In this document: piece after piece, positions 53,045-55,573 of the stretch | Layout of the letters: each line of letters starts with the position of its first letter | How positions within the stretch are numbered: position 1 is the first letter of the stretch | Virus record (IMG/VR): IMGVR_UViG_3300046000_004360 | Location: 1-55,573 of that record | Direction: 5' to 3' (one strand) | DNA: 55,573 bases | Source: a virus | Taxonomy: Duplodnaviria > Caudoviricetes | Notes under the pieces: generated by a model | Told to the model about the DNA's origin: nothing | The model's input: the letters and a program-made list of their open reading frames with translations, nothing else | Database searches by the model: none | Made by a program: the position numbers and the translations under genes

Positions 53045-54991
53045 TTAGTTGCGCTTGCCATCAGGTCTTGCATCTACCCGAGGCGACCCCATCTGCCACT
53101 GCACACCCACCATATCAGAGGTTATTTTATAGTTCATCTGCCTACCCCTAGCGCGTAAAAATACTTGGTTAGTGAATAAATCTACCGTGGCTGAAGTTGT
53201 TACTGCACCGTATGTAGGTAGCCCTTCTGCATTTGTTATAGCACTAGATGCTCCGGGGAAGTTGCGCACCCCAACAGTAATAGTAACTGCAGGCACTAGG
53301 GGTGCTCCTGTAACGCTGTTTTCTGTGTCAGAACTAGCGAAATCAATATCGGGAATAACCCTACGAATTAGCATGTATTTATCCCCGTCGTCTATATCTA
53401 TATCAGCCGATTGTATGTAAGAAGTTATAGCTACAGGGGCAGCGCCTAACGGCTGCCCATCATCATGCCCATTCTCATGTGAGTACATCCACCCATTGTG
53501 TGCCGCTATGGGGTATGAGTTAATTCCACTTGCATCTACCCAAGCAGTTCTGGACAATAGCCCGTAATACCATATGTTGTCTGCGTAGTTGTATATCACA
53601 TATCTATCAATCTCGTTCGCCGTGGCGGAGCAGTAAAACCATATCACTTCGTTGAATTCGTTGTTAGTACCCGCGAAAAATATGGAGTCTTGGTCGTGGT
53701 TAATATCGTCAAATATATATCTTCGCAGGGTGCATGGGAGCGTATCTACCCTACCCGAATAGCTGTAGAACTTATCTCGCCCCATCCAGTAGGTTATGTT
53801 ATTTGCAAGGGCCACTACATTAGGCCCCGCAATAGTTATTGTGGCAGATATTTCCTGCGCGCTAAACACCTCTATAGTGCCGAGAAACTGTAGGGAATTC
53901 AGGGTAGAATCAGTCCATATAAGCACCTCTTGCCGCGCCCTAACCCCCGCAACTATCTTGTTCCCTGCCTGCAGCCGCAAGAACCCCGCCGAGTTAGTTA
54001 GCGTGGGTTGCCATACTTCGGGTTGCGGTCCTATAGTAGCATCGACGTTAGCCCAACGAACTAATAGCGGATCATACACCCCGAGGTAATCAGGCGCAGG
54101 TTCTGTTGATAAATACGCAGTGCATCCTAGCGCCAACAAGTGCCCAGAAGGGGCGAACATGGCTTTTGTTACTTGTTGGGGGACTGCGATAGCAGCAGCG
54201 GCGCTGGATAATAATACTGCGCGGGTAGCATAAGTATCGTCATATATCCAATAGTATATATCGCTGCCCCGTATATTAAATATGAGCGTATCGTTGGTCT
54301 TATCCTGAAATATAAGCCTAGCAGGGAACACTACCGCTATGGACGAACTGCTCCCATATGGACTGATGCCGTACCCCCCGGCACCGTAGCCATACCCTAA
54401 TGTAGTGACGGAATAGCCTGAGTTTATTTGGAACGCTGCGCTAATGCCCGTGCCCCCGCCAGCAGCTACAGTGGATGTAGCAGCACTGGGGACTGTGATA
54501 GTGAATGTGGCGCCTGTGGCGTTACCCACAACGAACTCGGCATTAAGATCCGCCGCAACTACCCCGCCAATATCCACCGCGCCACTAAAGGTAACATAGT
54601 CCCCATCAAGCGCCCCGTGCCCAGACAAATTAACCGTAACTGCCGTGGAGGATATGGTCGTGGCGAACATGTTATCTGTTGTGGGGGCAGTTGCGTGGGT
54701 AAAAGTCTCCCTAATGGGGGTTATGTCGTGGAGCACCGCGCCAGTCTGGATATATATTTTACTGTGCGTACCTAACCCAAATAAGGGATTCCCATTACTT
54801 GTCACCCACGGAAATACACTTCTATTGCTACCCGCGTACTGCTCAGTTGTGTCGACCTGCCACCCCCCTATTTTTTCAGGGTATCCCGAACGAAACCGAG
54901 CCATATTCATATCGTAAAAACCACCCTCACTAGAGTAGTTAGATTGGTCCAAATTTATCCCCGGCTTGAATACTAACTTACTAAGTGGCAT
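53045..54991 (-). CDS. Tail nozzle / packaged-DNA stabilisation protein (P22 gp10/TubB-like beta-propeller)
   Basis: KPGI...RFR.G.PEKIGGW; RW......W......AG..RL; EV.WFY; RTAW; RARGRQ; PDG.R C-terminus. Confidence 0.7.
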   Translation of the reverse strand: MPLSKLVFKPGINLDQSNYSSEGGFYDMNMARFRSGYPEKIGGWQVDTTEQYAGSNRSVFPWVTSNGNPLFGLGTHSKIYIQTGAVLHDITPIRETFTHATAPTTDNMFATTISSTAVTVNLSGHGALDGDYVTFSGAVDIGGVVAADLNAEFVVGNATGATFTITVPSAATSTVAAGGGTGISAAFQINSGYSVTTLGYGYGAGGYGISPYGSSSSIAVVFPARLIFQDKTNDTLIFNIRGSDIYYWIYDDTYATRAVLLSSAAAAIAVPQQVTKAMFAPSGHLLALGCTAYLSTEPAPDYLGVYDPLLVRWANVDATIGPQPEVWQPTLTNSAGFLRLQAGNKIVAGVRARQEVLIWTDSTLNSLQFLGTIEVFSAQEISATITIAGPNVVALANNITYWMGRDKFYSYSGRVDTLPCTLRRYIFDDINHDQDSIFFAGTNNEFNEVIWFYCSATANEIDRYVIYNYADNIWYYGLLSRTAWVDASGINSYPIAAHNGWMYSHENGHDDGQPLGAAPVAITSYIQSADIDIDDGDKYMLIRRVIPDIDFASSDTENSVTGAPLVPAVTITVGVRNFPGASSAITNAEGLPTYGAVTTSATVDLFTNQVFLRARGRQMNYKITSDMVGVQWQMGSPRVDARPDGKRN

Positions 54992-54993
54992 AC

Positions 54994-55464
54994 TTATTCC
55001 TCTGGCTTTAAGATGCTGACTATTCCGTTGTTATTGGCAGCACATTTTTTATACTGATCTTGTGCTCTGGCAATCCAGTTAACGATGTCGGTATCGGAGG
55101 CAACTCCTCCGGCACTTTCTTCAGCATGGTCGCGGGGACGTGGGGACAGACCAGAGACCTTAGTGGGTTTGTTGAGCAGCCTGACAGCATCAGCAGACAA
55201 GCAAGGCTTATTGGTAGTGATTTTAGCAACATTGATTAGTACCTCCGTTAATGCCTCAGCAGATGAGCGCTCTAGTTCTTGCACCTCGGCAGCTTTCTTG
55301 TTGCCGTAATCTACAGCTACTTTATACTCCTCAGCGGCTTTGGCTGCTACTTTAGCATTCTCTACTTTCACCTCATCGTCACGCGCTCCACGACCTTGAA
55401 AGTAAGCAGTGGTATGTGAGCCGACAAGGAAGAGTATCACTGCAAGCAGCACGTAGGGATTCAT
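54994..55464 (-). CDS. i-spanin (Rz-like)
   Basis: N-terminal TM, periplasmic coiled coil, C...AVRLLN; contains an embedded lipoprotein ORF. The ORF runs on past the o-spanin. Confidence 0.7.
   Translation of the reverse strand: MNPYVLLAVILFLVGSHTTAYFQGRGARDDEVKVENAKVAAKAAEEYKVAVDYGNKKAAEVQELERSSAEALTEVLINVAKITTNKPCLSADAVRLLNKPTKVSGLSPRPRDHAEESAGGVASDTDIVNWIARAQDQYKKCAANNNGIVSILKPEE
55020..55232 (-). CDS. o-spanin (Rz1-like lipoprotein) embedded in an alternative frame
   Basis: Lipobox LSG-C followed by a Pro-rich mature region. Confidence 0.65.
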   Translation of the reverse strand: MLLKSLPISLACLLMLSGCSTNPLRSLVCPHVPATMLKKVPEELPPIPTSLTGLPEHKISIKNVLPITTE

Positions 55465-55573
55465 TCTTGATCTACCTTATCATGTATTGATTCAGTAGTC
55501 TTGCTTCTAAAGTAGGCTATCAACATTGCAATTATGATACCTATTCCAGCGAACATCTCCGGTGTCATTTTAT
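55461..55573 (-). CDS. Partial holin-like membrane protein (C-terminal part)
   Basis: ...MTPEMFAGIGIIIAMLIAYFRSKTTESIHDKVDQE*; ATGA overlap with the spanin start. Confidence 0.5.
   Translation of the reverse strand, partial: KMTPEMFAGIGIIIAMLIAYFRSKTTESIHDKVDQE

Overview
The window is most of a dsDNA tailed-phage genome, podovirus-like (portal, adaptors, gp10/TubB-like nozzle protein and large ejection-type proteins; no tape-measure or sheath gene seen). The embedded i-/o-spanin pair and near-consensus sigma70 promoters point to a Gram-negative host. It is circularly permuted. A minus-strand late arm (terS, terL, portal, GroES-like, scaffold, major capsid, adaptors) runs off the left end and apparently re-enters at the right end (holin, spanins, nozzle, four internal/ejection proteins); tail fibre and endolysin genes are not visible and probably lie outside the window. 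A plus-strand early/replication arm (15.8-41.5 kb) carries small early ORFs, an iteron-rich putative origin, an ArdA-like DNA mimic, an AAA+/vWA-metallopeptidase module, family A DNA polymerase, PD-(D/E)XK and VRR-NUC nucleases, intein-split ThyX, class I RNR, SNF2 helicase, an SSB-like protein and a primase-helicase. No integrase, repressor, RNA polymerase, tRNA or CRISPR array was recognised. The most interesting observations are: (1) seven small winged-helix-like paralogues with conserved ends and hypervariable cores, several joined by one junction (GGAGTACCTGAAAAATG) that is at once C-terminus, RBS and start codon, with one member carrying an exact in-frame 27-nt copy of nrdA; (2) a promoter-coupled, potentially double-pseudoknotted leader RNA upstream of a capsid-associated gene, plus other promoter-coupled structured RNAs; (3) a recurring [FMYLI]xxGG peptide signal across head-associated and ejection proteins; (4) a freestanding GIY-YIG endonuclease bracketed by a duplicated terminator+promoter unit. 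All product calls come from motif recognition by eye; no searches were run.
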